A DNA stretch of 64,000 bases from Elusimicrobia bacterium RIFOXYA2_FULL_47_53 (GCA_001800315.1 MGVE01000017.1:4942-68941); one strand, 5' to 3'; positions 1-10,421 are shown, numbered from the stretch's first letter. Numbers and translations: made by a program. The notes: generated by a model not told the origin, from the letters alone.

Positions 1-100
1 GAATAAGGTAGGCGCTCACCTGCTCGCGCCTGTTGCAAACCTCGTGTGGCTTATTCGCCACACTGCAACTGTCTCGGCATTTAAGCTCGTACGCTAATTC

Positions 101-175
101 GTCATGCCGGAAATGTGTTGTCCGGCATCCATAACAAAGTCATTTTGAATGACTTTTGGAAGTGGATATTCAATA
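101..175. repeat. Intergenic hairpin repeat modules (member of family seen at 9368, 14627, 17996)
   Basis: 'gtcATGCCGGAaatgtgttgTCCGGCATcc': 8-bp stem 104-111/121-128. Followed by 'cttttggaagtggat', which recurs at 9421-9440 and, inverted, at 18296-18315. Confidence 0.6.
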
Positions 176-287
176 GAGAAACTTGGGTATGACTTCTGAA
201 AATATAATATAAACAACCAAGCAATTGACTCATACATTATAGCCTGTCATAAATATAGTTTTGGCCGGCGGAAAAAGGAAAGCAATA

Positions 288-1562
288 ATGGAAAACATGA
301 AAGTAGTAGTAGAAAGTGAAAAGCCATGCGCCGTAACCCTGTCAGTTGAGTTACCATCCTCGGCCGTAAGCAGTGAAACCGAAAAAGTCTACGCTGAGAT
401 ACAGAGATCCGCTCAGATACCGGGTTTCAGGGCCGGCAAAGCTCCTATGGATATGGTTAAGAAAAACTTTGTTTCTACCGCGAAACAGAAAGTGGCAGAA
501 AACCTTATTCATAACTCGGTTTTCAAGGCTTTGGCCGATAAGAAAGTTGAGCCTGTATATTTTCCGAAAGTTGAGAATATTGATTTTGATTTTGAGAAGC
601 CTTTTAAATTTAAATTCACGGCCGAGCGCCATCCCGTTGTAAAGGCCGTTGACTATAAGGGTATTAAAATTGCAAAAAAAGAGAACCATGTTGACGATGC
701 CAGGGTGAAGGAAAGTCTTGAAGCTTTGCTTGAAAGAAACTCACGGCTTGAAGAGTCAAAAACCGATATCGTAAATGACAAGCATTTTCTTATGGTTGAC
801 TACGACGCTTCTATTGACGGCCAGCCGGTTGCTGAGTTAAAGGCTAAGAACCATCTCATTGATATGTCTTCTCCGCAGACGATAGCCGGTTTCAAGGAGG
901 GCCTCACTGGGGTTAAAAAAGGCGAAGCCAGGGAAGTAAAAGTTAAATTTCCGGCCGAGCATCCCAATAAGAAAATCGCCGGAAAGGAAGCGGTTTTTAC
1001 AATCACCGTGAAAGAAATGAAGGAAAAAGTGCTGCCGGCCTTAGACGATGAGTTCGCCAGGGATCTCGGCTTAAAAGACCTTGCCGAGTTAACGCAGCGC
1101 GTAAAAGAAAGCCTTGAGATAGAGGAAAAAAGGCGTCAGGATCAGGAAGTCAATAATCAGATCATTGAGAGCCTTGTAAAATCCAATCAGTTTGAGGTCC
1201 CTGCCACTATGGTGGAAGAACAGTCCGCTTTTCTGTTTTCCAAGGCCTCCGATTATCTCAAACAGCAGGGAGTCCCGGAAGCATCGCTTAAGGGCAATCT
1301 GGATAAATTAAAAGACAAGTATAAAGAACAGGCCGATAAGGATGTAAGGCTTTCGTATATATTAAATTCTATTTCTGAGATTGAAAAGATTTCCGTATCT
1401 GACGAAGATCTTAAAAAAGAGCTTGAGGCTATGTATTCGCAGAACAAAGGGCGGGAGAAGGATGTTGAAAAGTATTTTAATGAGAATAAGGATAAGCTCT
1501 CCGCTCATATAAAAGAAGAAAAGATATTTAAGTTCATTTTAGATAACGCCAAGATAAAATAG
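288..1562 (+). CDS. tig: Trigger factor (ribosome-associated chaperone / PPIase)
   Basis: ORF 261..1562. ATG 288 lies 8 nt after 'aaaggaa'; ATG 297 is an alternative start. Length and layout fit tig, with an FKBP-like central part ('DYDASIDGQP...FKEGLTGVKKGE'), and it sits directly upstream of clpP-clpX. Confidence 0.88.
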   Translation: MENMKVVVESEKPCAVTLSVELPSSAVSSETEKVYAEIQRSAQIPGFRAGKAPMDMVKKNFVSTAKQKVAENLIHNSVFKALADKKVEPVYFPKVENIDFDFEKPFKFKFTAERHPVVKAVDYKGIKIAKKENHVDDARVKESLEALLERNSRLEESKTDIVNDKHFLMVDYDASIDGQPVAELKAKNHLIDMSSPQTIAGFKEGLTGVKKGEAREVKVKFPAEHPNKKIAGKEAVFTITVKEMKEKVLPALDDEFARDLGLKDLAELTQRVKESLEIEEKRRQDQEVNNQIIESLVKSNQFEVPATMVEEQSAFLFSKASDYLKQQGVPEASLKGNLDKLKDKYKEQADKDVRLSYILNSISEIEKISVSDEDLKKELEAMYSQNKGREKDVEKYFNENKDKLSAHIKEEKIFKFILDNAKIK

Positions 1563-1646
1563 TTCAGCGGTAAGCGCAGGGCGGTTATTCGTACGCGTTA
1601 GAGTTTCGTGCCGCGAAGCCGCTTAATCCGCATAGAGGAGTCTAAT

Positions 1647-2258
1647 ATGTCCGGTTTAGTCCCGACGATTATTGAAAGATGGAACCAGGGAGCGGCGGTT
1701 GGCTACGACATTTATTCCAGGCTGCTCAAAGACAGGATAATTTTTGTGGGCGGTTACGGCGGCGCCGTGACAACTGATTCCGCGAACCTCATTATAGCTC
1801 AGCTTCTTTACCTTGAAGCCGAAGACCCCGACAAAGACATAAACCTTTATGTAAACTCTCCCGGAGGCATGGTTACGGCAGGCCTCGCGGTTTACGACAC
1901 CATGCAGCACATCAAATGCCCCATAACCACCATCTGCATGGGAATGGCTATGTCTTTCGGCGCTCTGCTTCTTGCGGCCGGAAGCAAAGGCAGGCGTTAC
2001 GCCCTGCCGCATTCCCGCATTATGATTCATCAGCCCCTTATTTACGGCGAAGGGCTTTCCGGGCCAGTCACGGACATTGATATTGAGGCCAAGGAACTGC
2101 TCAATACCAAGGACAAGCTTATAGACATACTCGCGCTGCATACCGGCCAGCCCAAGGAACGGGTGCGCCAGGACACCGAGAGAAATTTTTATATGTCTTC
2201 AGAGGACGCGAAGAAGTACGGAATTATAGACGAAATAATGATCACAAGGAAGAAATAA
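1647..2258 (+). CDS. clpP: ATP-dependent Clp protease proteolytic subunit
   Basis: Start at ATG 1647, 6 nt after GAGGAG. ClpP motifs '[14 protein letters not shown]', '[10 protein letters not shown]', '[14 protein letters not shown]' (Ser) and 'IMIHQP' (His). See the finding on Asn at the Asp position. Confidence 0.93.
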   Translation: MSGLVPTIIERWNQGAAVGYDIYSRLLKDRIIFVGGYGGAVTTDSANLIIAQLLYLEAEDPDKDINLYVNSPGGMVTAGLAVYDTMQHIKCPITTICMGMAMSFGALLLAAGSKGRRYALPHSRIMIHQPLIYGEGLSGPVTDIDIEAKELLNTKDKLIDILALHTGQPKERVRQDTERNFYMSSEDAKKYGIIDEIMITRKK

Positions 2259-2262
2259 TAAT

Positions 2263-3519
2263 ATGGCTGACGCTAAGGCTCCCGAAAACGAATATCAATG
2301 CGCGTTCTGCCACAAGGGCAAGGTCCACGGCCTTCGCCTGATCGGCGGACAGGGTGTCTATGTCTGTGAGGAATGCGTAAGAAATTCCGCCCAGCTTCTT
2401 GAAAAGATAGAAGCCGAGGAGTCCAGAAGGGCTTTAAAAAACCTTCCAAGGCCGAAAGAAATCAAAAAGTCTCTGGATGAATATGTCATAGGCCAGGAAA
2501 ACGCCAAGAAATCGCTTTCCGTCGCGGTATATAACCACTACAGGCGGCTTGAGTCTCAATCTTCAGGTAAAAGCGATGTTGAGCTTCAGAAGTCAAATAT
2601 ACTTTTAATCGGGCCGACCGGCACCGGCAAAACCCTGCTGGCGCAGACTCTCGCCAAACTCCTGCATGTCCCTTTCGCCATGGCTGACGCCACTACGCTT
2701 ACCGAGGCCGGCTATGTAGGGGAAGATGTTGAAAATATAATCCTGCGCCTCCTGCATAACGCTTCCTTTGAAGTCAAGAGAGCGGAAAAGGGAATAATTT
2801 ACATTGATGAGATTGATAAAATATCCCGCCGTTCCGACAGCCCTTCTATAACCAGGGATGTCTCGGGGGAAGGGGTTCAGCAGGCATTGCTCAAGATTCT
2901 TGAGGGCACCGTTGCCAATGTCCCGCCCCAGGGCGGCAGAAAACACCCCCAGCAGGAATACATAAGGGTTGACACTTCCAATATACTGTTTATCTGTGGC
3001 GGCGCTTTTGACGGCCTTGAAAAAGTCATTGAAGGCCGCATAGTTGAAAGAAAGCTCGGGTTCGGAGCCGAGGTCAAAGGCAAGCAGGACAGAACATCAG
3101 ACGAAATTCTTGCCATGACTCAGCCGGAGGACCTTATCAGATACGGCCTGATTCCGGAATTCATAGGCAGGCTGCCCGTTGTTTCCACGCTTGAAAAACT
3201 CACTCAAAAAGACCTTGTCAGGATACTCACCCAGCCAAAAAATGCCCTTATAAAACAGTACAGGAAAATGTTCGCCCTTGAAGGGGTGGAGCTTGAGTTC
3301 ACTCCGGAAGCCGTTGAGGAGATAGCGGGGCTTTCAATAAGAAGAGGCTCTGGCGCGAGAGGCCTTCGCGCCATACTTGAAAGCCTGCTGATGGAAACGA
3401 TGTACGAGCTCCCGGAACTGAAAGGGGCCGAGCGCTGCGTTGTGGATTTGGATGTTGTCTTGAAAAAAATTCAGCCAAAGCTTATTTTCCGCGCGGACAC
3501 GCAGAAGGAGTCGGCATGA
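2263..3519 (+). CDS. clpX: ATP-dependent Clp protease ATP-binding subunit ClpX
   Basis: N-terminal zinc-binding 'CAFC...CEEC', Walker A 'GPTGTGKT', Walker B 'IIYIDEIDK', 'GRLPV' and a sensor region 'GARGLR'. Confidence 0.97.
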   Translation: MADAKAPENEYQCAFCHKGKVHGLRLIGGQGVYVCEECVRNSAQLLEKIEAEESRRALKNLPRPKEIKKSLDEYVIGQENAKKSLSVAVYNHYRRLESQSSGKSDVELQKSNILLIGPTGTGKTLLAQTLAKLLHVPFAMADATTLTEAGYVGEDVENIILRLLHNASFEVKRAEKGIIYIDEIDKISRRSDSPSITRDVSGEGVQQALLKILEGTVANVPPQGGRKHPQQEYIRVDTSNILFICGGAFDGLEKVIEGRIVERKLGFGAEVKGKQDRTSDEILAMTQPEDLIRYGLIPEFIGRLPVVSTLEKLTQKDLVRILTQPKNALIKQYRKMFALEGVELEFTPEAVEEIAGLSIRRGSGARGLRAILESLLMETMYELPELKGAERCVVDLDVVLKKIQPKLIFRADTQKESA

Positions 3520-5897
3520 GCGAACTGGATAGAAGGCAGTCAGGCGAGAAAAAAGACCAGATACAGAACATTCCCTCAAAACTTCCTCTTTTGCCCGTAA
3601 GGGATATAGTTATTTTCCCGGCGATGGTTCTGCCGCTTGCTGTCGGAAGGGAAAAATCAATTAAGGCCCTTGAAGAAGCCATGTCTTCCCACAGGCTTAT
3701 TTTTCTCGCGACCCAGAAAAATGTTCAGACGGAAGACCCTTCCCCCGACGATATACACAGAATCGGCACGGTCTCCGAGGTCTTGCAGCTGCTTAAGATG
3801 CCTGACGGAACTCTAAAGGTTCTTGTGGAAGGCATACAGCGCGCGAGATGGACCGATTTCAGGGTTAGTGATAAAGGGTATGTTGAGGTAGAGCTTAACA
3901 TATTGGCTGAAACAGCCGAGAAGACTCCCGAGACCGAAGCGCTGATGAGGCGCTCTTTGTCTTTGTTTGAGCAGTATGTAAAGCTCAATACAAGGCTCCC
4001 CATGGAAATATTCGTGGCTGTAACCAATATAGTAGACCCGGGCAGGCTTGCCGATACCATTGCCTCCCACCTCATGATAAAAGTCGCGGACAAACAGGCC
4101 ATTTTGGAGCTTCCCGTTCCTCATGAGCGCCTTGAAAAGCTTGTTGAAATACTCAATGCCGAGATAGAGATATTAAATATTGAGCGCAGGATTCAGAACC
4201 GCGTCCGCAGCCAGATAGAAAAAACCCAGAAAGAATATTATCTTACCGAGCAGATGAAGGCTATTCAAAAAGAGCTCAAGCAGAAGGACGATTACGCCAA
4301 AGAACTTGATGAACTGCGCGTTAAGATAAAAGAAGCCAAGCTTCCTAAAGAAGCGTCAGAGGTAGCCGACAAGGAGCTTGTCAGGCTTGAAAAAATGATG
4401 CCGTTTTCGCCCGAGGCAACGGTAATCCGCACTTATTTGGACTGGCTTATCAGTCTGCCCTGGGAAGTAACCACCAAAGACAACCTGGACTTAAAGCGCG
4501 CCCAAAAAATATTAGACGAGGATCATTTCGGGCTTGAAAAACCCAAAGACAGGGTGCTTGAATACCTTGCGGTTTTAAAAAGGGTGCAAAAAATTAAAGG
4601 GCCTATTCTTTGCTTTATCGGGCCTCCCGGAGTGGGGAAAACATCCATAGCAAAATCCGTGGCCAGAAGCCTGGGAAGAAACTTTGTCAGAATCTCGCTT
4701 GGCGGAGTCAGAGACGAGGCTGAGGTCAGGGGCCACAGAAGAACCTATATCGGAGCCCTGCCCGGCAGGATAATTCAGTCGCTGAGAAAAGCCAAATCTA
4801 ATAACCCGGTATTTATTCTTGACGAGATTGACAAGATGGGTTCAGACTGGAGGGGCGACCCTTCCGCGGCTCTGCTGGAGGTTTTAGACCCAGAGCAGAA
4901 CTACGCGTTTGCCGACCATTACCTGGATGTGGATTTTGACCTTTCAAAGGTAATGTTTATTACCACGGCAAATACTTTGTATAACATTCCAACCACGCTT
5001 TTAGACCGCCTTGAAGTCATAAGATTTTCAGGCTATACCACCGACGAAAAGGTTCAGATAGCCCAGAAATTCCTTATACCCAAGCAGTTAAAAGAGCACG
5101 GCCTTTCGGAAAACGAGATTGAGATAGCCGCCGACGCGATAAAGGCCGTTATCAACGATTACACTCATGAAGCCGGCGTAAGAAATTTAGACCGCGAGAT
5201 GGCCAATCTCTGCCGTAAGGTCGCAAAGGACCTTGGCATGGAAGAAAACGCCAAGCCCCGCAAAATAAAGATAACAGCCCAGAATGTCGGCGAATTTCTC
5301 GGCGTGCCAAGGTATTCCAAGGATAAAATAGCTCCCAACGATGTAGGCGTGGCTACGGGGCTTGCCTGGACCGAGGTCGGCGGCGAGACACTGACCATTG
5401 AAGTCAATAAAATGAAGGGAAAAGGTTCCATGAGCCTGACAGGCAAGCTCGGCGATGTGATGAAAGAGTCAGCCCAGGCCGCCTTGTCCTATGTCAGGGC
5501 CTCGGCTAAAAAACTTAAAATTAACGAAGACATATTTAAAGAAACCGATTTCCATGTCCATGTGCCTGAGGGCGCGGTGCCAAAAGACGGCCCCAGCGCC
5601 GGAATAGCCATGGCGACGGCTCTTGCCTCCATAGCCAGCGGCAGGCCGCTTAAAAAGGGCCTTGCAATGACAGGCGAAGTGACTTTGAGGGGCAGGGTTC
5701 TTTCAATCGGCGGGCTCAAAGAAAAGGTGCTGGCCGCCTATCGCGAGGGGATGAAAACCGTAATTTTCCCTGACGGCAACAGAAAAGACCTTGCCGACAT
5801 ACCAAAGGACATTCAGAAGGAGATAAAACTTATCCCCGTTAAGCACATGGATGATGTCATAAGGCTCGCGCTGGAAGGAAAGGCATCAAAGAAATAG
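3516..5897 (+). CDS. lon: Lon protease (LonA type)
   Basis: ATGA overlap with the clpX stop. N-terminal LON domain '[13 protein letters not shown]', Walker A 'GPPGVGKTS', 'ILDEIDK' and catalytic 'PKDGPSAG'. Confidence 0.97.
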   Translation: MSELDRRQSGEKKDQIQNIPSKLPLLPVRDIVIFPAMVLPLAVGREKSIKALEEAMSSHRLIFLATQKNVQTEDPSPDDIHRIGTVSEVLQLLKMPDGTLKVLVEGIQRARWTDFRVSDKGYVEVELNILAETAEKTPETEALMRRSLSLFEQYVKLNTRLPMEIFVAVTNIVDPGRLADTIASHLMIKVADKQAILELPVPHERLEKLVEILNAEIEILNIERRIQNRVRSQIEKTQKEYYLTEQMKAIQKELKQKDDYAKELDELRVKIKEAKLPKEASEVADKELVRLEKMMPFSPEATVIRTYLDWLISLPWEVTTKDNLDLKRAQKILDEDHFGLEKPKDRVLEYLAVLKRVQKIKGPILCFIGPPGVGKTSIAKSVARSLGRNFVRISLGGVRDEAEVRGHRRTYIGALPGRIIQSLRKAKSNNPVFILDEIDKMGSDWRGDPSAALLEVLDPEQNYAFADHYLDVDFDLSKVMFITTANTLYNIPTTLLDRLEVIRFSGYTTDEKVQIAQKFLIPKQLKEHGLSENEIEIAADAIKAVINDYTHEAGVRNLDREMANLCRKVAKDLGMEENAKPRKIKITAQNVGEFLGVPRYSKDKIAPNDVGVATGLAWTEVGGETLTIEVNKMKGKGSMSLTGKLGDVMKESAQAALSYVRASAKKLKINEDIFKETDFHVHVPEGAVPKDGPSAGIAMATALASIASGRPLKKGLAMTGEVTLRGRVLSIGGLKEKVLAAYREGMKTVIFPDGNRKDLADIPKDIQKEIKLIPVKHMDDVIRLALEGKASKK

Positions 5898-5940
5898 TTT
5901 CAGTATAGGTTGTCCGCTCGTATGGTGGTGGCTTTGGGAT

Positions 5941-5970
5941 TGCACGGATGACGCGTTATCCGTGCATTTT
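5941..5970 (+). terminator. Rho-independent terminator after lon
   Basis: 'TGCACGGATgacgcgttATCCGTGCAtttt': perfect 9-bp stem plus a T run. Confidence 0.75.
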
Positions 5971-5999
5971 CTGTTATAGGAAATATATTTTTCGGGTAG

Positions 6000-6028
6000 T
6001 TGACAATTACTTCAAAAAAAACAATAAT
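6000..6028 (+). promoter_or_regulatory. Possible sigma70-type promoter for the aminotransferase-serA pair
   Basis: TTGACA at 6000-6005, a 17-nt spacer, then AATAAT at 6023-6028. About 100 nt of leader precede ATG 6128. Confidence 0.4.
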
Positions 6029-6127
6029 ATATACATTGTGAAAGATTTCACGAAGTATGGTGAAACGGATTTCGCAAAATTAAAGGCGCCGGCCCTACAA
6101 CTACCTGCCGGCAAAAGGAGAGTCAAG

Positions 6128-7264
6128 ATGAAAAAGCATTATTTGTTAACGCCAGGGCCTACGCCTATCCCGCCGGAGATCGCTCAGAAAGAGTCGCTTC
6201 CCATTCTGCACCACAGGACCAGTGAGTTCTCCGCGATATTTTCCGAAGTCGCTGAAGGCCTGAAGTATGTGTTTCAGACAAAGAATGATGTTTTGATCCT
6301 GGCTACCTCCGGAACCGGCGCCATGGAATCGTCCATCTCCAATCTTTTGTCGCCCGGGGACGCTGCTCTTGTCGCTTCCTGCGGCAATTTTGGCGAACGC
6401 TGGGGCAAAATAATGGAAGCTTACGGCATTAAGCCCACGATTATCGCCGCCGAATGGGGCAAGACAGTAAATCCGGCCGATATCGCCAAGGCTCTTGCCG
6501 ATAACCCGCAGATTAAAGCCGTTTACGCAACCCATACTGAAACCTCTACCGGCGTTGTCAATGACATAGCCGCGATCGGAGAGATAGTCGCAAAAACCAA
6601 TGCGGTTCTTGTCGTTGACAGCATATCCGGCCTTGTAGGGCAGGAAATGCGCACCGATGACTGGAAGGTGGATGTGGTCGTTTCCGGCTCGCAGAAGGGC
6701 TTTATGCTGGCCCCGGGCCTTGCTTTTGCGTCTGTAAGCGAAAAAGCCTGGAAGCTTGCCGAAACCGCCAAGCTCCCGAGATTTTATCTGGACTGGCGTA
6801 AGATGAAAAAATCGCTTGCCACGAAAGAAACGCCGTTTACTCCGGCTATTACACTTATAGTTTCTCTTGCCGAGGCCATAAAAATGATTAAAGCCAAGGG
6901 CATTGAGAATATATGGGCTGAATGCAAACTGCTTGCCAGGGCATCTCGCGCTGGAATGAAAGCCATAGGGCTTGAACTTTTCGGCGACAAACCCTGCGAA
7001 GTTGTTACCAGCGCCAAGGTTCCCGCCGGTGTTGAAGGCGGCAAAATCGTGAAAATGCTCCGCGAGGAGTTTGGAGTTTCTATAGCCGGAGGCCAGGGCG
7101 CCCTAAAGGGCAAGATCATCCGTTTCGCCCACATGGGCTACATCGGCAAGGCGGATATTCTTGTCGGTTTCGCGTGCCTTGAGATGGTTCTCTCCAAGCT
7201 CGGCTATAAGCTTGAAAAAGGCAAAGCCGTGGCGGCCGCCGAGGAAGCATTGATCAACGGCTGA
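6128..7264 (+). CDS. Class V pyridoxal-phosphate aminotransferase (serine-glyoxylate / archaeal-type phosphoserine aminotransferase family)
   Basis: Start at ATG 6128 after 'aaaggagag'. The upstream extension in the track has no RBS. 'LLTPGPTPIP', 'TSGTGAME' and 'SGSQKG' (PLP lysine). Adjacent to serA. Confidence 0.85.
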   Translation: MKKHYLLTPGPTPIPPEIAQKESLPILHHRTSEFSAIFSEVAEGLKYVFQTKNDVLILATSGTGAMESSISNLLSPGDAALVASCGNFGERWGKIMEAYGIKPTIIAAEWGKTVNPADIAKALADNPQIKAVYATHTETSTGVVNDIAAIGEIVAKTNAVLVVDSISGLVGQEMRTDDWKVDVVVSGSQKGFMLAPGLAFASVSEKAWKLAETAKLPRFYLDWRKMKKSLATKETPFTPAITLIVSLAEAIKMIKAKGIENIWAECKLLARASRAGMKAIGLELFGDKPCEVVTSAKVPAGVEGGKIVKMLREEFGVSIAGGQGALKGKIIRFAHMGYIGKADILVGFACLEMVLSKLGYKLEKGKAVAAAEEALING

Positions 7265-7339
7265 TGATAAGTTCTAAGTGTAAATAAAATATAGTAATCG
7301 CCCGCCGTTTGTTGCGTCAGTTTGAATAAGGAGATAAAA

Positions 7340-8920
7340 ATGCATAAAATATTAATGACTTACGCCAGCACAGAGGGATTAGACCCCATACTTAATAATC
7401 CCGAGTTTAAAATAGAAGTTGTCGCCAAGCCGACCCCTGAGAAATTCAAGGAAATTATAGGCGAATACGACGGGCTTCTTATCCGTTCGGAAGTTAAGGT
7501 TACCCCGGAGATCATTGAAGCGGGTAAAAAGCTTAAATTCATAGGCCGCGCCGGAACCGGCGTGGACAATGTAGATATTCCTTCCGCTACTCAGCGCGGA
7601 ATTGTCGTGGCGAATGTTCCGGGAGGCAATACCATATCGGCGGCCGAGCATACCATTGGCCTTATGCTGGCTATGGCGCGCAATATCCCCCAGGCGCACG
7701 GTTTATTCAAAAACAAAGAGTGGAAACGCGAGAAATTCATGGGTACCGAGCTTCAGGGCAAAGTGCTCGGGCTTATAGGTATTGGCAGAATAGGCCGCGA
7801 AGTGGCTTATAGAATGATAGCGTTCGGAATGAAGGTCATCGCTTATGACCCGTTTGTGAACGCCGATTTCGTTAAGAGTCTCGGGATTGAGCTAAAATCT
7901 CTTGACGAGATCTACGCTCAGGCTGATTATATATCCATCCATTCGCCTCTCAACGATTCCACCAGGAATTTGATCAACGCCGAAGTCTTAAAGAAAATGA
8001 AAAAGGGTGTTAGAATAGTAAATTGCGCCCGCGGCGGCATAATTGACGAAAAAGCTCTCTCGGAAGCTATTAAATCAGGCCATGTCAAAGGGGCGGCGAT
8101 AGATGTGTTCGCGAAAGAGCCTCCCGTTGACTGGACGATAATTGAAACCGAGGGCGTGGTCGTTACTCCGCATCTTGCCGCTTCTACCGAAGAGGCGCAG
8201 ATTAAAATAGCGCAGGAGTTAAGCGAAGTTGTGGTTGATTTCTACACAAAGGGCATTATCAGAAATGCCGTAAATGTTCCGACCCTTGACTGGGAAACCT
8301 ACAAGAAACTTGAGCCCTACATAATCCTTGCCGAGAAAATAGGCCTCTTCCAGAGCCAGATCGCTGAGGGCGGCATAAAAGAAGTTGAGATTGAATACGC
8401 CGGCGAGATCTCTAAGTTTAACACCAATCCCATCAATGTGGCTTATCTCAAGGGCCTGCTTTCTACCGCTCTTGATGTAAAGGTTAACTTTGTCAACGCT
8501 CCCTCGCTGGCTAAAGAGCGCGGCATAAAGATAAAGGAAACCCGCACCGAGTCTTCCCAGGATTACACTTCGCTTCTTAAGGCGAAAGTATTTACGGACA
8601 AGGAAACTCTTAAGGTATCCGCCACGCTGTTCGGACAGAAAACAGCAAAAATAGTTATGGTTGACTCGCTCGGCATGGACATCCCTCCGGCCGGCAATAT
8701 GGTTTATCTGACCAATATTGACCGCCCGGGAATAGTCGGACAGGTCGCAACCATACTGGGGAAAAACAATATCAATATCGCCGGTATGCAGGTAGGGCGC
8801 AGAGAGCAGGGCGGCGAAGCGGTAACGATAATCAATGTTGACGCGGCCGTTCCTCAGGATATTGTAAAGCAGATAGCAAACCTTTCCGGAATAAACAAAG
8901 TTAAGTACATAGCGCTATAA
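7340..8920 (+). CDS. serA: D-3-phosphoglycerate dehydrogenase, long form with a C-terminal ACT domain
   Basis: ATG 7340 lies 6 nt after AAGGAG. NAD-binding 'GLIGIGRIGREVA' and catalytic 'NCARGG...TPHLAAST'. The C-terminal 'DRPGIVGQVATILGKNNINIAGMQVGR' is ACT-like. Confidence 0.92.
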   Translation: MHKILMTYASTEGLDPILNNPEFKIEVVAKPTPEKFKEIIGEYDGLLIRSEVKVTPEIIEAGKKLKFIGRAGTGVDNVDIPSATQRGIVVANVPGGNTISAAEHTIGLMLAMARNIPQAHGLFKNKEWKREKFMGTELQGKVLGLIGIGRIGREVAYRMIAFGMKVIAYDPFVNADFVKSLGIELKSLDEIYAQADYISIHSPLNDSTRNLINAEVLKKMKKGVRIVNCARGGIIDEKALSEAIKSGHVKGAAIDVFAKEPPVDWTIIETEGVVVTPHLAASTEEAQIKIAQELSEVVVDFYTKGIIRNAVNVPTLDWETYKKLEPYIILAEKIGLFQSQIAEGGIKEVEIEYAGEISKFNTNPINVAYLKGLLSTALDVKVNFVNAPSLAKERGIKIKETRTESSQDYTSLLKAKVFTDKETLKVSATLFGQKTAKIVMVDSLGMDIPPAGNMVYLTNIDRPGIVGQVATILGKNNINIAGMQVGRREQGGEAVTIINVDAAVPQDIVKQIANLSGINKVKYIAL

Positions 8921-8930
8921 GTGTTTCGTT

Positions 8931-8968
8931 AACCCGCGAGGTTGGAATTAGTTCCGGTCTCGCGGGTT
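8931..8968 (+). terminator. Stem-loop after serA (terminator-like, weak T tract)
   Basis: 'AACCCGCGAG...18 nt...CTCGCGGGTT': 10-bp perfect stem. Confidence 0.5.
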
Positions 8969-8989
8969 AATTTAGTTGAGTAAGTTGAA

Positions 8990-9610
8990 AAAGTGTTTCA
9001 GTCCGGAAACCATCAAACGCCGTCATTCCTGCGAAAGCAGGAATCCAGGAAAACCTCTGGATACCAGTTTTCGCGGGGCTGCTGCCCCTGCACCCCGTTT
9101 TAACTTTCTTTGGGTGCGCAAATAAAGTTAATAAAGAAACTCGCGACGCCTCACTATCTCGGCGTCCTCATGGAAGTCCGCACTTATTCGTGCGAACATT
9201 CGACCCGCGAGCCATTCGCAAAAGTATTTTAGGCAGTCTTGCAAACTCCCTGCCTTGTCGGCAGGTCAAACAGGCAAGACTGAAAGCCTCCAAAAATACT
9301 TTTGCTCATAATCGGCTCGGAAGGGGGTATAAAAAAGCCCCTTAAAAACATAAAGTCACAAAACTCCGTCATCCCCGAAATGTTCTGTCGGGGATCCAGA
9401 ACAATGGCGTTTGTTAATGGCTTTTGAAGTGGATCCCGGACTACTACCTCTGGTTATAATGACGACGGAGAAAAAACGCCGTCGTTGCGAGCGAAGCGCG
9501 GTAATCTTGACTTAATATCGTGATTTCCTCGGCCATACACAAAAACCTGCCTCGCAGTGGCAAAACTGCAAGATTGCTTCTCTCCCTTCGGGAGATCGCA
9601 ATGACAGGGT
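8990..9610. repeat. Block of concatenated hairpin repeat modules filling the serA / ABC intergenic gap
   Basis: Modules include 'gtcATTCCTGCgaaaGCAGGAATcc' (9014-9040), the composite element at 9098-9325, 'cgtcATCCCCGAaatgttctgTCGGGGATccag' (9368-9399), 'gtcgttgcgagcgaagcgcggtaatc' (9481-9507), and an inverted copy of the 28323 module at 9572-9608. No ORF of 60 aa or more. Confidence 0.8.
9098..9325. repeat. Composite multi-hairpin element, copy 1 (about 230 bp)
   Basis: Aligns by eye along its whole length with 14311..14540, with scattered substitutions. It contains nested inverted repeats, such as 'gacgcc...ggcgtc', 'gtccgcacttattcgtgcg(a/g)ac' and 'gcaaaagtattttaggcagtcttgc...gcaagactga..cctccaaaaatacttttgc'. 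Confidence 0.85.
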
Positions 9611-9665
9611 CTTATTAAGGCTTTTTCAATTGACTCAAATTTGTAATCTCAATTTAAGGGGAAAA

Positions 9666-10421
9666 ATGCACGCTATTGAAGCTGAAAAACTCACCAAGAT
9701 ATATAAAAAACAGCACCTCTTTTCGGTAAGCCGGACCAGCGGAGTGGAAGAGTTAAGCTTTTCTGTAAAGGAAGGCGAGATTTTCGGGTTGCTGGGTTTA
9801 AACGGCTCCGGAAAAACCACCACTATAAAACTTATCCTGGGACTGCTTAAGCCGACCGCGGGCGGAGTATCTATTTTCGGTAGCAGAATGCCCGCCGTGG
9901 ATGTGCTGAGCCGCGTGGGTTATCTTCCCGAAGTGCCGTACTTTTACAGGTACCTCACCGCCGCCGAGATTCTGGAGTTTTATGCCAATCTTTCAGGCCT
10001 TAAAGACGGTAAAAAATTAGCGAGAAAAATGCTGGAGCTCGTGGGGCTTTCGGAACGCGCCGATAAAAAACTATCGGAATTTTCCAAAGGCATGCTCCAG
10101 AGGATAGGGCTGGCCCAGAGCCTTCTGCACGAGCCGCGCCTGCTTGTTTACGATGAGCCTGTCAGCGGGCTTGATCCTCTGGCGGTGCAGGAAATGAGAG
10201 GCCTGCTTCTTAAACTGAAAACGCAGGGGAAAACTATATTTCTTTCGTCTCACATGATTTCAGAAGTTGAAAAGGTATGTGACAGGGTCGGAATACTTGT
10301 AAGGGGCAGGCTGGTGAGGGTTTTAGAGCAGAAAGAATGGTCCCAGAACCCCGGCACTCTTGAGAATATTTTTGTCTCCCACGCGGGCGAATCATCCGAA
10401 ATGGGAAGAATATCATTGTAG
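9666..10421 (+). CDS. ABC transporter ATP-binding protein
   Basis: ATG 9666 follows 'aaggggaaaa'. Walker A 'GLNGSGKTT', signature 'FSKGMLQR' and Walker B 'LLVYDEPVSGLD'. Confidence 0.9.
   Translation: MHAIEAEKLTKIYKKQHLFSVSRTSGVEELSFSVKEGEIFGLLGLNGSGKTTTIKLILGLLKPTAGGVSIFGSRMPAVDVLSRVGYLPEVPYFYRYLTAAEILEFYANLSGLKDGKKLARKMLELVGLSERADKKLSEFSKGMLQRIGLAQSLLHEPRLLVYDEPVSGLDPLAVQEMRGLLLKLKTQGKTIFLSSHMISEVEKVCDRVGILVRGRLVRVLEQKEWSQNPGTLENIFVSHAGESSEMGRISL

Noticed and set aside
226-260. A promoter for tig ('TTGACT' at 226, with 'CATAAA' 17 nt downstream)
   Set aside because: The -10 match is poor and the window starts only 225 nt upstream. It is too weak to report as a feature.
5948-6127. 60-codon N-terminal extension of the aminotransferase ORF ('MTRYPCIFCYRKY...')
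   Set aside because: The extension covers the lon terminator hairpin and a promoter-like TTGACA box. A strong RBS and the conserved N-terminus 'MKKHYLLTPGPTP' begin at 6128.
8990-9610. Possibility that the repeat blocks are CRISPR arrays
   Set aside because: The modules belong to several different families, occur in both orientations, are not separated by uniform-length spacers, and there are no cas genes in the window.
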